Assembly: GCA_002403305.1 (NCBI GenBank)
Contig: DHHM01000016.1
Span: forward strand, 122,490 to 186,489
Origin: Bacteroidales bacterium UBA4772
GTDB lineage: Bacteria; Bacteroidota; Bacteroidia; Bacteroidales; VadinHA17
Length of the DNA stretch: 64,000 nt
Reading direction: 5' to 3'
In this document: piece after piece, positions 9,820 through 18,878 of the stretch
Layout of the letters: every line of letters starts with the position of its first letter
Numbering within the stretch: position 1 is the stretch's first letter
Made by a program: the position numbers and the translations under genes
Notes under the pieces: generated by a model
Databases searched by the model: none
Seen by the model: the letters and a program-made list of their open reading frames with translations, nothing else
Told to the model about the DNA's origin: nothing

Positions 9820-10395
9820 TAAAAATGAGGAATTGAAGATAACAGGCAGCGGAATGATATACATATATTTGTTAGTCAAATAGTTGCCCGTAACAGACAA
9901 AGATCAATCCATTGGATTACCCATCGAAGAAAGGAATGTTATATTGTGATGCCCCGGAGCTAAGGATGTGAAGATGGGGAATGAACTGCGAAGCACCGTT
10001 AAATTCTGCGGTGGAGATAGAATAAGGTCTGATGTACCATGGTCGAGCTTCGTGGGCAAAATGTGTTCGCCGGGGCTGAACCATAATTAGCAGGGATATC
10101 AGGAAGTGCACTTCTATAAAAGCGCGTTGTTGGATGCTCTCTCCCGGTTCGGAGGAGGTACACCCTTGCGATGAACAGGCAGGGGATAAGTTTTCCTGCA
10201 GCCTATTCAACAAAGATCGGAACGGGCAGGAGTGCCGGTTTGCCGTGGGGTTTTCGCCCGTCTGGATTTAGCTGTGGCCAATGAAGCTCGTCAGCTGATT
10301 ATTCAGCCAGGAGCGGAACCTGCCATCATGATGTGGTGTCACGATCTCCGTACCCGCGGGGTGTGAACCCGGTGGTGCAACTGTTTTCCTCCGGA

Positions 10396-12015
10396 TTATT
10401 CTACAAAGAGCGGTACGTGGCGGAATGCCAGTCCGTCGAACAGTCCGCGGTCGCTTATCTTGAGCTCGGGAATGACCAGAAGGGCCATAAAGGAGAGGGT
10501 CATAAAGGGTGCATCGAGCCTGCATCCGAGATTCCTGACGCTCTCCGATAGTCGTTCGTACTGTCGAGCCATGGCTGTTACAGGAATATCAGACATGATG
10601 CCTGCAACAGGCAGACGAAGGATTTCAGCCCCGTCATCGGAGACTACTGACATACCGCCCCTGGCGTCGGTTATCATATTAATTGCACTGATTATGTCGC
10701 GGTCATTGGTTCCAACGGCTATTATATTATGGCTGTCGTGAGCAACCGACGACGCCATGGACCCGCTCTTAAGCCCGAAGCCCCTGATGAAGGCGACTGC
10801 CGGGGGTTTATCGTTGTACCTCTCCTTAACTACGATTTTCAAAAGATCTTCTGCGGGACGCGGTTCCACATATTTACCTGTCGCCGCTTCAGTTGTTACA
10901 GTATCAGTGAGAAGCCCGCCGTTTCGTGCTACGATAACCCGTATCCGTTTTCCGGTATTCCCGACTCTTATCTCGCCCGGCAGCAGGTGACTACAGTTGA
11001 AATGATTGACCTTCATAACCACTCCAGGTGAAAAGAGTGATTTCACACCGTCAAAAACGCATTTTCCGTTTATGAAGGTTTGCCTGATATTCATCTTCCC
11101 GGGATCATCAGTTACTATAAAGTCTGCCGGGTCTCCCGGCTTCAGCAGTCCGACATTGAGTTTATAATGCTCTGCACTGTTTACCGATGCGGCCCTGATA
11201 ACGTTGAAAATATCATATCCCATGCTGATTAGTCTTGCCACCAGCCGGTTAATATGTCCCTTTTCCAGGGTCTCAGGATGCATGTCGTCACTGCATAGCA
11301 TCACATCATCAGGATTTGTCTCCAAAAGCGGTGCGAGTGCCTCAAGGTTTTTTGCCGCACTGCCTTCTCTGATGAGTATCTTCATCCCGCCTGCAATCTT
11401 TTCCTGTGCCTCTTCAAGGGTAGTACATTCATGGTCGGTAGTAATTCCAGACCTAATATACTTTATAAGATCTTTCCCCGTCAGACCAGGCGCATGGCCG
11501 TCTATTGGAACGGCTGCATTCCGGGCAACTTCAAGCTTACGTACCACCTCGGGGTCATCATGCACCACTCCCGGGAAGTTCATCATCTCGGCCAGGAACC
11601 CTATCATATCATTTTCCAGAAGTTCTTTTATATCATCCGCGTCAATGCGTGCACCACTGCTTTCAAAATCTGTAGCCGGCACGCATGATGGTGCACCAAA
11701 TATAATTTTCAACGGCACACTTCGGGAATTCTCAATCATGAATTTTACTCCCTCACTACCCAGCACATTCCCTATCTCGTGCGGGTCAGCCACCACCGCC
11801 ACAGTCCCGTGCCGTACAGCAGCGACGGCAAAATGTGATGGCACAAGCATGGAACTTTCGATATGCACGTGCGCATCAGCCAATCCCGGCATGATGTAAA
11901 TATCAGGTCCCGATCCGGTTTCTTCCATGCTCTCTATTATGCCTGCTGAAATAGTAACAGCACCTTGATAGATGCGCCTCTGATGCACATCAATAATTTT
12001 TCCAGATATTTTCAT
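10396..12015 (-). CDS. ade: Adenine deaminase (amidohydrolase superfamily)
   Basis: 539 aa with the metal-binding motif PGLADAHVHIESSML, then HEIGNV...DGHAP...TDHE, typical of Ade. Confidence 0.85.
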   Translation of the reverse strand: MKISGKIIDVHQRRIYQGAVTISAGIIESMEETGSGPDIYIMPGLADAHVHIESSMLVPSHFAVAAVRHGTVAVVADPHEIGNVLGSEGVKFMIENSRSVPLKIIFGAPSCVPATDFESSGARIDADDIKELLENDMIGFLAEMMNFPGVVHDDPEVVRKLEVARNAAVPIDGHAPGLTGKDLIKYIRSGITTDHECTTLEEAQEKIAGGMKILIREGSAAKNLEALAPLLETNPDDVMLCSDDMHPETLEKGHINRLVARLISMGYDIFNVIRAASVNSAEHYKLNVGLLKPGDPADFIVTDDPGKMNIRQTFINGKCVFDGVKSLFSPGVVMKVNHFNCSHLLPGEIRVGNTGKRIRVIVARNGGLLTDTVTTEAATGKYVEPRPAEDLLKIVVKERYNDKPPAVAFIRGFGLKSGSMASSVAHDSHNIIAVGTNDRDIISAINMITDARGGMSVVSDDGAEILRLPVAGIMSDIPVTAMARQYERLSESVRNLGCRLDAPFMTLSFMALLVIPELKISDRGLFDGLAFRHVPLFVE

Positions 12016-12032
12016 CTTATTGGTTAAAAAAA

Positions 12033-12050
12033 GTGTTCCACGTGGAACAC
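12033..12050 (-). terminator. Intrinsic-terminator-like hairpin after mnmG (7-bp stem, ACGT loop, T7 tract on the minus strand); core of a 24-bp perfect palindrome
   Basis: GTGTTCCACGTGGAACAC, followed on the minus strand by TTTTTTT (plus-strand A run at 12026-12032). The full palindrome AAAGTGTTCCACGTGGAACACTTT spans 12030-12053. Confidence 0.6.
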
Positions 12051-12056
12051 TTTCTA

Positions 12057-13931
12057 TTATCTGCGAAGATACATTATCAGAATTGAAATATCAGAAGTTG
12101 ATACTCCGCTAATTCTTGATGCCTGACCTATGGACGCCGGTCTTATTCTGGAAAGCTTCTGGCGTCCCTCCGTTGATATTGATACCAGCTCGTCATAGCT
12201 TATGTCATCAGGGATTTTCAGATCCTCCATTCTCTTTATCTTGTCCGCCACTCCTCTCTCTCTCTCCAGATATCCGGAATACTTGATGCGGATTTCTGCT
12301 GCTTCAATGATATCTGTTTTGCTTTCCGCCCTGTTGCACAGAAGTACTTCTGATCCCCGGACTTCAGGCAGTAGCTCCTTCAGATCTATTTGCGGCCGCG
12401 CGGCAATATTTATTGCTTTAATTTTCTGACTTATTGGTGCAGTCCCACGCTCAGCAAGGAAATAATTTATTTCTCCCGGGCAAACAGTGCTTCTTTTCAG
12501 AAATGCCTCCAGCTCCTCAACCATGGCATATTTCATCTTCATTCTCTGCATCCTCTCTTCACTCACGGTTCCAATACTGTATCCCTTACCTGTCAGCCGC
12601 TCATCCGCGTTGTCCTGCCTTAGCAAGATCCGGTATTCTGCTCTTGATGTAAACATCCTGTATGGTTCGTCTACTCCCTTTGTCACGAGATCATCAATCA
12701 AGACCCCGATATAAGCTTCGTCACGTCTCAGTATAAACGGTTCCCCTCCTTTCATTTTGAGCACGGCATTTATTCCAGCCATCAATCCCTGTGCACCGGC
12801 CTCCTCATATCCGGTTGTTCCGTTTATCTGTCCTGCAAAGTAGAGTCCATCCACCCTTTTTGTCTCAAGCGTATGCTTCAGCTGTGTGGGCTGGAAGAAG
12901 TCATACTCTATTGCATATCCGGGCCTGTATATAACTACATCCTGCAGTCCCTTTATCTTATGAAGCGCACCGATCTGTGTTTCAAGCGTAAGGCTGCTGG
13001 CAAATCCGTTAATATAATATTCATTGGTTTCCCATCCTTCCGGTTCAAGGAAGAGCTGATGTGATTCCTTTCCTTCAAAGGTTACGATTTTGTCCTCCAC
13101 GCTCGGACAGTACCTTGGTCCCCTCCCCTTGATCCTTCCTGTAAAGAGCGGCGAAAACTTCAGCCCTTCCCTCAAAACCTCGTGTGCTTCCCTGTTTGTA
13201 TGAGTGATGAAACAGCTCCTCTCGTCCTTAATCACAACCCGGTCATTCATAAATGAAAAGCATCTGCCGTCGCCATCGCCCTTCTGCTCCGTCATCTCTG
13301 AAAACCGAACGCTTCTTCCGTCTACCCTGGCACTTGTTCCCGTCTTAAGCCTCCCGACCTCAAAACCAGCCTCTCTTAACTGGTCACTAAGGCCCAGCGA
13401 TTCGGCGTCTCCTGACCGCCCCCCAGGCATGGTGCTGAATCCCACATGCATCAGTCCATTAAGAAAGGTGCCGTTTGTAAGTATCACAGCCTCTGCCCTG
13501 AACTCATTCCCGAAGGTTGTCTTCACGCCTTTTACCCGCCCATCTTCCAGTATCAGTCGGTTTGCCTGTTCCTGCCATATGTGAAGGTTATCAGTCTCCT
13601 CCAGTAACTTCCTCCACTCCCTGCTGAACAGCATCCGGTCACACTGAGCCCTCGGGCTCCACATTGCAGGGCCCTTGCTCCTGTTGAGCATCCTGAACTG
13701 TATCATCGTTCTGTCAGTCACAAGTGCTGACATTCCTCCCAGTGCATCTATCTCCCTGATTATCTGTCCTTTGGCTATACCTCCCATTGCCGGGTTGCAC
13801 GACATCTGGGCCAGCTTTGTCATGTCCATTGTGACAAGCAGTGTCTTTGCCCCCATTACAGCAGCTATATGCGCGGCCTCGCAACCTGCATGACCACCGC
13901 CAACAACAATTATATCATAATTGAAATTCAT
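12057..13931 (-). CDS. mnmG: tRNA uridine 5-carboxymethylaminomethyl modification enzyme MnmG (GidA)
   Basis: N-terminal FAD motif YDIIVVGGGHAGCEAA, then SCNPAMGGIAKG, GPRYCPSVEDK and INGTTGYEEA. 624 aa. Confidence 0.95.
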   Translation of the reverse strand: MNFNYDIIVVGGGHAGCEAAHIAAVMGAKTLLVTMDMTKLAQMSCNPAMGGIAKGQIIREIDALGGMSALVTDRTMIQFRMLNRSKGPAMWSPRAQCDRMLFSREWRKLLEETDNLHIWQEQANRLILEDGRVKGVKTTFGNEFRAEAVILTNGTFLNGLMHVGFSTMPGGRSGDAESLGLSDQLREAGFEVGRLKTGTSARVDGRSVRFSEMTEQKGDGDGRCFSFMNDRVVIKDERSCFITHTNREAHEVLREGLKFSPLFTGRIKGRGPRYCPSVEDKIVTFEGKESHQLFLEPEGWETNEYYINGFASSLTLETQIGALHKIKGLQDVVIYRPGYAIEYDFFQPTQLKHTLETKRVDGLYFAGQINGTTGYEEAGAQGLMAGINAVLKMKGGEPFILRRDEAYIGVLIDDLVTKGVDEPYRMFTSRAEYRILLRQDNADERLTGKGYSIGTVSEERMQRMKMKYAMVEELEAFLKRSTVCPGEINYFLAERGTAPISQKIKAINIAARPQIDLKELLPEVRGSEVLLCNRAESKTDIIEAAEIRIKYSGYLERERGVADKIKRMEDLKIPDDISYDELVSISTEGRQKLSRIRPASIGQASRISGVSTSDISILIMYLRR

Positions 13932-14350
13932 CCGGCATATGATAAAGCCAGATACATCTCTTCCATCTCCCTCATCTTTGCCTTCTGCTCAGCTGTTCTG
14001 TCATCATATCCGCACAAGTGGAGTACTCCATGAAAAACAACCCGTTTCAATTCACTCCTGAACGGTACATTGAACTTCATTGCGTTTTCCCGCACCCTGT
14101 CGATGCTGATATATACTTCACCGTTAACTGTCTTACCGCTGTTATAGTTGAACGTAATAATGTCTGTGTAATAGTCGTGCCCCAGAAATTCATTGTTTAT
14201 CTCATACACCTTACTGTCGCCCGTAAAGACCAGGTCAATTGTCCCCTGCTTCATTCCCGCATCAGATATTATCCTTCCAATAACCCTCTTCAGTGCCTTA
14301 CTTTCACGCAGTCTGAACTTTTCAATATCGTAGTGTACCCTTATTACCAA
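13928..14350 (-). CDS. ybeY: rRNA maturation RNase YbeY
   Basis: Zinc motif HGVLHLCGYDD near the C-terminus. The ATG at 14395 would overlap the upstream gene by 41 nt. The in-frame TTG at 14348-14350 (LVIRVHYDIEKF) gives a typical ~140-aa YbeY and starts just after the upstream stop. Confidence 0.85.
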   Translation of the reverse strand: MVIRVHYDIEKFRLRESKALKRVIGRIISDAGMKQGTIDLVFTGDSKVYEINNEFLGHDYYTDIITFNYNSGKTVNGEVYISIDRVRENAMKFNVPFRSELKRVVFHGVLHLCGYDDRTAEQKAKMREMEEMYLALSYAG

Positions 14351-14354
14351 TCTA

Positions 14355-14747
14355 CTAATATCTGAACTGCATTTTAACCTCGTTACCTGACTCATTAAAC
14401 TCTATCTCATCTGACAGGTTTCTCATCAGAAAAACACCCCTGCCGTGAAGGTTTTCAATATTTTTAGGATCAGTAGGATCCGGGAGATTGCTGTATTCAA
14501 ATCCTTCTCCCTCATCAGTTACAGTTACGTTGAAAAAGTTCCCGTCAGCTGCGAAATCAACCTTAACAATCTTTTTTATGTCTCCCTTGTTTCCGTGCAA
14601 TATGGCATTATTCACGGCCTCAACGGTGGATATGAGTATCTTGCCGTATACCTCATCCGGTATTCCCAGTTTCTTCGAAAGTGTATCGACAACGGTTTCA
14701 ACAACCCTGAGGTTTTCAACGTCTGAATTAATAGTAATACTTTCCAT
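14355..14747 (-). CDS. Small HATPase_c protein (SpoIIAB/RsbW-type anti-sigma-factor-kinase-like)
   Basis: 130 aa with N-box E..NNAILHGN and G-boxes DEGEGF / GRGVFLM, and no other domains. Confidence 0.6.
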   Translation of the reverse strand: MESITINSDVENLRVVETVVDTLSKKLGIPDEVYGKILISTVEAVNNAILHGNKGDIKKIVKVDFAADGNFFNVTVTDEGEGFEYSNLPDPTDPKNIENLHGRGVFLMRNLSDEIEFNESGNEVKMQFRY

Positions 14748-14804
14748 CCTGTTTCCCTATCAGTTTTTATACTAACAGGTCAATTTTTTTGTTTCAAAAT
14801 TTAA

Positions 14805-15986
14805 TCATTTTTTTAACAGCCACCGTTCCGGGTCAAGTTTTTTCTTCTCTTCGTAGATCATGAATTTTATTACGCTTTTTCCTCCATCCCTGCTGTCGCT
14901 GAAAACATCGCCCAAAATCCCTCCTGTTACAACTGCATCTCCGGCCTTTACCTTCACATTAACAATATTCTGATATACAGTCAAATATTTACCGTGCCGT
15001 ATTATCACTGCCATATTCGCACCTGATATTGCGAACACTCTAACCACCTCACCCTTGAATACTGCTTTTGCCCTTGTGGTCCCGCTCGATGTAATCTCAA
15101 TCCCAATGTTGTCCTCAGTCACATTCTTCAATACTGGGTGCGGCTGCAGTCCAAAGTGACTTGTGATCAGTCCCTGGTCCACAGGCCATGGTAATTTCCC
15201 CCTGTTCTCCCCGAACAACTCTCCTATAACCTTCATCTCATTGCTCATCGGGGTCACAGCACTTCTTTTTCTCTCTTCCTCTATCAATCGGGCAATCTCA
15301 TTTTCAATCTGCTTTGCTATCCTTTTCTTCTGTGCAAGATCCTGCTTCAGCTGTGCTTCCTTTTTCGCCAGGGTACTTACCATCCTCTCCTTCCTGCTCT
15401 TTTCATTCCCCAGCATCTGTTTCTGCCTTTCTTCCCTTTCCTTCAGATCATTGATGTTTTTCCTGTCTTTCTCCAGCCTCTGCTGTGTCTTATGCAATTC
15501 CTTATATATCGTCTCTATTGTCTCCGATTCCTTTCTTCTGTATCGTGCTATCTGCTGTATATATTTCAACCTCTTGTAACCCTGGTTGAAATCTGCAGAT
15601 GATAGAATGAACGCTACTGCCGGAGTGCCCTTCGTGGCCTTGTATGCACTTACTATTGACCTGGCATAATCATTTTTAAGACTATTCAGGTCCTCCTCAA
15701 GCATCTCTCCCGCCATCCGGTTGAGTGAGATCCTGTATTCCAGAAGTGATATCTCCCGGCCATATTCATTAATCAGCTTCTCCCTCAGGTTCAGCTTCTT
15801 TCCAATGACCCTGAGCTCATTCAGGTTCTCGCTCCTTTCACTGGCCGTACTCCTGAGCAGTCTGTCAACATATTCTATCTCCTCGAGGTTTTTCTTCCTC
15901 ATCTCCTCAAGCTCGGCACGTGACTGTCCCTTAACTGCGATCAGCGCGCACATCATGATCAAAGCCGACAGAAACACTCTTTTCAT
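14805..15986 (-). CDS. Murein hydrolase activator EnvC-like (coiled coil plus degenerate LytM/M23 domain)
   Basis: Signal peptide, ~230 aa of heptad-rich coiled coil, and a C-terminal LytM fold (LPWPV...GIEI...IIRHGKYLTVYQNI). The catalytic HxxxD / HxH histidines are replaced, as in EnvC-type activators. Confidence 0.75.
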   Translation of the reverse strand: MKRVFLSALIMMCALIAVKGQSRAELEEMRKKNLEEIEYVDRLLRSTASERSENLNELRVIGKKLNLREKLINEYGREISLLEYRISLNRMAGEMLEEDLNSLKNDYARSIVSAYKATKGTPAVAFILSSADFNQGYKRLKYIQQIARYRRKESETIETIYKELHKTQQRLEKDRKNINDLKEREERQKQMLGNEKSRKERMVSTLAKKEAQLKQDLAQKKRIAKQIENEIARLIEEERKRSAVTPMSNEMKVIGELFGENRGKLPWPVDQGLITSHFGLQPHPVLKNVTEDNIGIEITSSGTTRAKAVFKGEVVRVFAISGANMAVIIRHGKYLTVYQNIVNVKVKAGDAVVTGGILGDVFSDSRDGGKSVIKFMIYEEKKKLDPERWLLKK

Positions 15987-16747
15987 ATGTTGCTTCTCCG
16001 GTATGATGGCAGGTTAAACACGATCTCCTCATCAAAGCCTGTAACCAGTTCGTCTATCCTCACTGTCACATGCAGCTTTTTCTTTTTCTCATTCATCTCA
16101 ATGTGCGTAGCATATTTCTTATCTCCGCCACTCTTGAAATCGCCGAAATGCATCGTAATCTCATGTCCCGACGCCACGGTACTAACACTTTGCCTGCACA
16201 CCTTCATCTCATCAACACATATCACCACCTCTCTTTCCGTGTTCATGTCCGATACCCTCATTATCAGCTCATTTGCGCTCACTGCTTCAAACTGTGCACT
16301 GTACAGTTCCGGTATGTCGCCAAAGAGTATCTCCACGAAATCGCCAGGCATCCCGTTCTTTTGCATGAAGACATCTCTTTTTCCCACATACACAGTTCTG
16401 TTGAACCTGTCTATTGCTGCTATTTCATTTCCCACAGCAAGTAATCTCACCAATTCTATTCCAAGCGGTCCTCTCACTGACGCAAGAAAATCACCATCCC
16501 TGTTTATCCTCGCAGTAAAGGCAAAGGTTCCCTCCACCTGTGTTCCCTGAAGTTCTACTTTTCCCCTTCGAATAACGAATCCCTCTTCAGTGATATTATA
16601 TCCCTTGACTATGCCAGCCATTGCACTGTAACTTACCGCACCTCCTGCCGCATCCGGTATAGCGCTCTTCCTTCTGCGTGCAGCTGAGCAACCGGCAAGC
16701 ATAACTATCAGCAGAACTACAATCGCTAATCTTAATCCTTCCCGCAT
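15983..16747 (-). CDS. Lipoprotein, DUF4292-like
   Basis: Lipobox LIVMLAGCS after the internal Met at 16747. Its position between a TPR lipoprotein and an EnvC-like gene is the arrangement I recall for DUF4292 in Bacteroidota. The family call is from memory only. Confidence 0.5.
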   Translation of the reverse strand: MREGLRLAIVVLLIVMLAGCSAARRRKSAIPDAAGGAVSYSAMAGIVKGYNITEEGFVIRRGKVELQGTQVEGTFAFTARINRDGDFLASVRGPLGIELVRLLAVGNEIAAIDRFNRTVYVGKRDVFMQKNGMPGDFVEILFGDIPELYSAQFEAVSANELIMRVSDMNTEREVVICVDEMKVCRQSVSTVASGHEITMHFGDFKSGGDKKYATHIEMNEKKKKLHVTVRIDELVTGFDEEIVFNLPSYRRSNI

Positions 16748-18447
16748 TTCTTTATCTCCTCCTCCAGATAGGATTTTGAGCTGTCCTTTTCCAGCGATGT
16801 CTTCCAGTATTCCGCAGCCTCTTCGCATCTTCCCAGTTCATATAGAATAAATCCCATATGTTCCAGTATCTCTGCGTCATTCACATCATCCGCATCAACT
16901 ATTCTCTGCATCTGTTTCCATGCGCGCCTGTGCTTTCCCAGCTTATATAGCACCCATGCATATGTATCTATATACGTGGGATTATCTCCCTCCTTCCGCA
17001 TAACCTCTTCTGCCATCTTCAGGGCCTTTTTCAGCTCACGCTCATCTTCGGCAAGAAAATAGGCATAATTGTTAAGTATCAGCACCTCTCCTGGCGACAG
17101 TGTCAGGGCTTCCTCATAGAACCCGAAGGCAGCATCCGGATCTTTCATCCTGAATTTAAGATCTCCCATCATTGAGAGAACCTGTACCTTCATCCCGTCA
17201 TCATTTCCTGCCAGGATGAGTGCTTTCTTCAGTTCTGTGTCTGCTACCTGGTACTCTTCAAGTTCCATCGCAGCTATAGCATAATATACTTTCCCGATGA
17301 TGCTTCTGTTGTTTTCACGTGAATAGACTGCGGCAAGGTTATACACCTTCCTGTATTCTTCTTGTCCTGCATAGAGCAGTATCAGTCTCTCCTTTAGGTA
17401 AAATCCGGGCTTCACCCTATCAATTATCGCTTCATACCGCGAAATTGCCTCATCGAGGCGGCCTGCGTTCTCATACATTAGGGGCCTCATTGACAGTATC
17501 TCCTCATCGTCGGGATATTTACCCTCAAGTATTATCAGGCTCTCTTCCAGTGAGTGGGAGTTTTCCTTTACATAGGCAGTGTCAGTCAGCAGTCTTCCGG
17601 CGACAGATATCTTTCTTTCCCTGTCAACAACCTCACTTTCAAAAACACTATTCAAAAATCCCGAAATATCAGCATAATCCTTTTTGTATACCTGGTTCAT
17701 CAGGTATAGCAGCTGTGTCTCTATATTATCCGGATCCTTATCAATTATTGACCTGTATATGCTGTCGCTCTTCTCAATATCACCCGCCTCGTAACTTATA
17801 TCTGCAAGCAACGCTTTGTATCTCATTTCGTCCGGCTCTCTTTCAATCAGTCTTTCGGTTCTCTTTGCAGCCTCTTTCAGGTCTCCTTTCATTATCAGGC
17901 CGGAGATCATCATGAGGAACATGTCATCGTTGAGCGCACCCTGGTTGTTCAGAATGCTGAAGAGCGAATCTGCCTTTTCGGCTTCTCCTCTTTCTGCATA
18001 GAGTCCTGCCAGTATTGAATTAACCTCCACCGCCCGGTTGTCAGCCTTCAGCGCCCTGCTGAAATATACCAGTGACGAATCCTTATGTTCATACTGTGTG
18101 AAAAGCGAACCGGCTGCCAGCTGGTACCAGTAGTTATCCGGCTCCAGTCGTGCTGCTGCCGAGGCATACTTAACCGCTTTCTCTCCCATGCCTGCGGCCG
18201 AATATATCTGTGCCAGCTCGAAGTAGGGAACAGAGCGTGCCGGATCAGTCTCTATGCATTTCTCAAACAGTCTTGCAGCTTCATTTACATCACCCACATA
18301 TTTCTGTCGCAGTGCCTCGGTCAGCATATAGTCATACCTGCTGTCGGGCCTCACTATCTTATCTGTGTCTGCCGTAGGTGCGACGGTTCCTGTGGAACAG
18401 CCGTTTATCAGCAGCACTGCTGCAATTATCCAAAGCTCTTTTCTCAT
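16732..18447 (-). CDS. Tetratricopeptide-repeat lipoprotein
   Basis: Lipobox LLINGCS. Repeated 34-aa A..Y/F...G....A...F..AL..DP units run throughout the 571 aa. Confidence 0.75.
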   Translation of the reverse strand: MRKELWIIAAVLLINGCSTGTVAPTADTDKIVRPDSRYDYMLTEALRQKYVGDVNEAARLFEKCIETDPARSVPYFELAQIYSAAGMGEKAVKYASAAARLEPDNYWYQLAAGSLFTQYEHKDSSLVYFSRALKADNRAVEVNSILAGLYAERGEAEKADSLFSILNNQGALNDDMFLMMISGLIMKGDLKEAAKRTERLIEREPDEMRYKALLADISYEAGDIEKSDSIYRSIIDKDPDNIETQLLYLMNQVYKKDYADISGFLNSVFESEVVDRERKISVAGRLLTDTAYVKENSHSLEESLIILEGKYPDDEEILSMRPLMYENAGRLDEAISRYEAIIDRVKPGFYLKERLILLYAGQEEYRKVYNLAAVYSRENNRSIIGKVYYAIAAMELEEYQVADTELKKALILAGNDDGMKVQVLSMMGDLKFRMKDPDAAFGFYEEALTLSPGEVLILNNYAYFLAEDERELKKALKMAEEVMRKEGDNPTYIDTYAWVLYKLGKHRRAWKQMQRIVDADDVNDAEILEHMGFILYELGRCEEAAEYWKTSLEKDSSKSYLEEEIKKCGKD

Positions 18448-18878
18448 CTCTTGCCCGAGTGTCCGAATCCTCCGGTTCCTCTCTCCGTCATTTTTATTTC
18501 ATCTGTTTCAATCAACTCGGCCTTCTCATTATGCGATATAATCATCTGCGCTATCCTGTCGCCGTCATTTATGGTGTAATTACAGTCTGACAGGTTTATC
18601 AGGATCACGCATATTTCTCCCCTGTAGTCGGCGTCAATTGTCCCCGGCGAGTTTAGCACCGTGATCCCGTGTTTGATGGCCAGGCCGCTTCTTGGCCTTA
18701 CCTGTGCCTCATAACCTTCCGGCAGTTCAATAAACAGACCTGTTGACACAAGTCTTCTTTCCATGGCTTTTAGGGTAACCGGTTCCCGGATATCAGCCCT
18801 CAGATCCATGCCTGCAGAAAATTCAGTCTCGTATGACGGCACCGGGTGTTTTGACCTGTTAACTATTCTGATCTTCAT
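18444..18878 (-). CDS. dut: dUTP diphosphatase
   Basis: [30 protein letters not shown] and [10 protein letters not shown] motifs. The real start is probably MKIRIVN at 18878, since the upstream extension overlaps the flippase gene. Confidence 0.9.
   Translation of the reverse strand: MKIRIVNRSKHPVPSYETEFSAGMDLRADIREPVTLKAMERRLVSTGLFIELPEGYEAQVRPRSGLAIKHGITVLNSPGTIDADYRGEICVILINLSDCNYTINDGDRIAQMIISHNEKAELIETDEIKMTERGTGGFGHSGKR

Noticed and set aside
9917-10213. 98-aa minus-strand ORF in the ade-uvrC gap
   Set aside because: It has no promoter box or plausible start context and an odd composition (Cys/Ser/His/Pro-rich with no motif). An overlapping 85-aa ORF (10268-10525) runs into ade out of frame. 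Both are treated as chance ORFs.
9784-10395. tmRNA or RNase P RNA in the large ORF-free gap
   Set aside because: I looked on both strands for tmRNA hallmarks: a 5' GGGGCUGA paired to a 3' ...CUCCACCA end, a GGUUCGAxUCC T-arm, and an ...ALAA-stop tag frame. I also looked for RNase P CR-I/CR-V motifs (GAGGAAAGUCCGGGC, ACAGAAxxxGGCUUA). Only partial look-alikes exist (GGGGCTGAACC at ~10073, CTATCTCCACCG on the minus strand, ATAGAATAAGGTCTGA, GGTGCAACTG). They are in the wrong order or lack the required pairing partners. The region is kept as an unexplained finding, not as an RNA gene call.
11204-11899. 231-aa plus-strand ORF inside ade
   Set aside because: It is antisense to a well-supported amidohydrolase gene, with a Ser/Phe/Ile-rich shadow translation.
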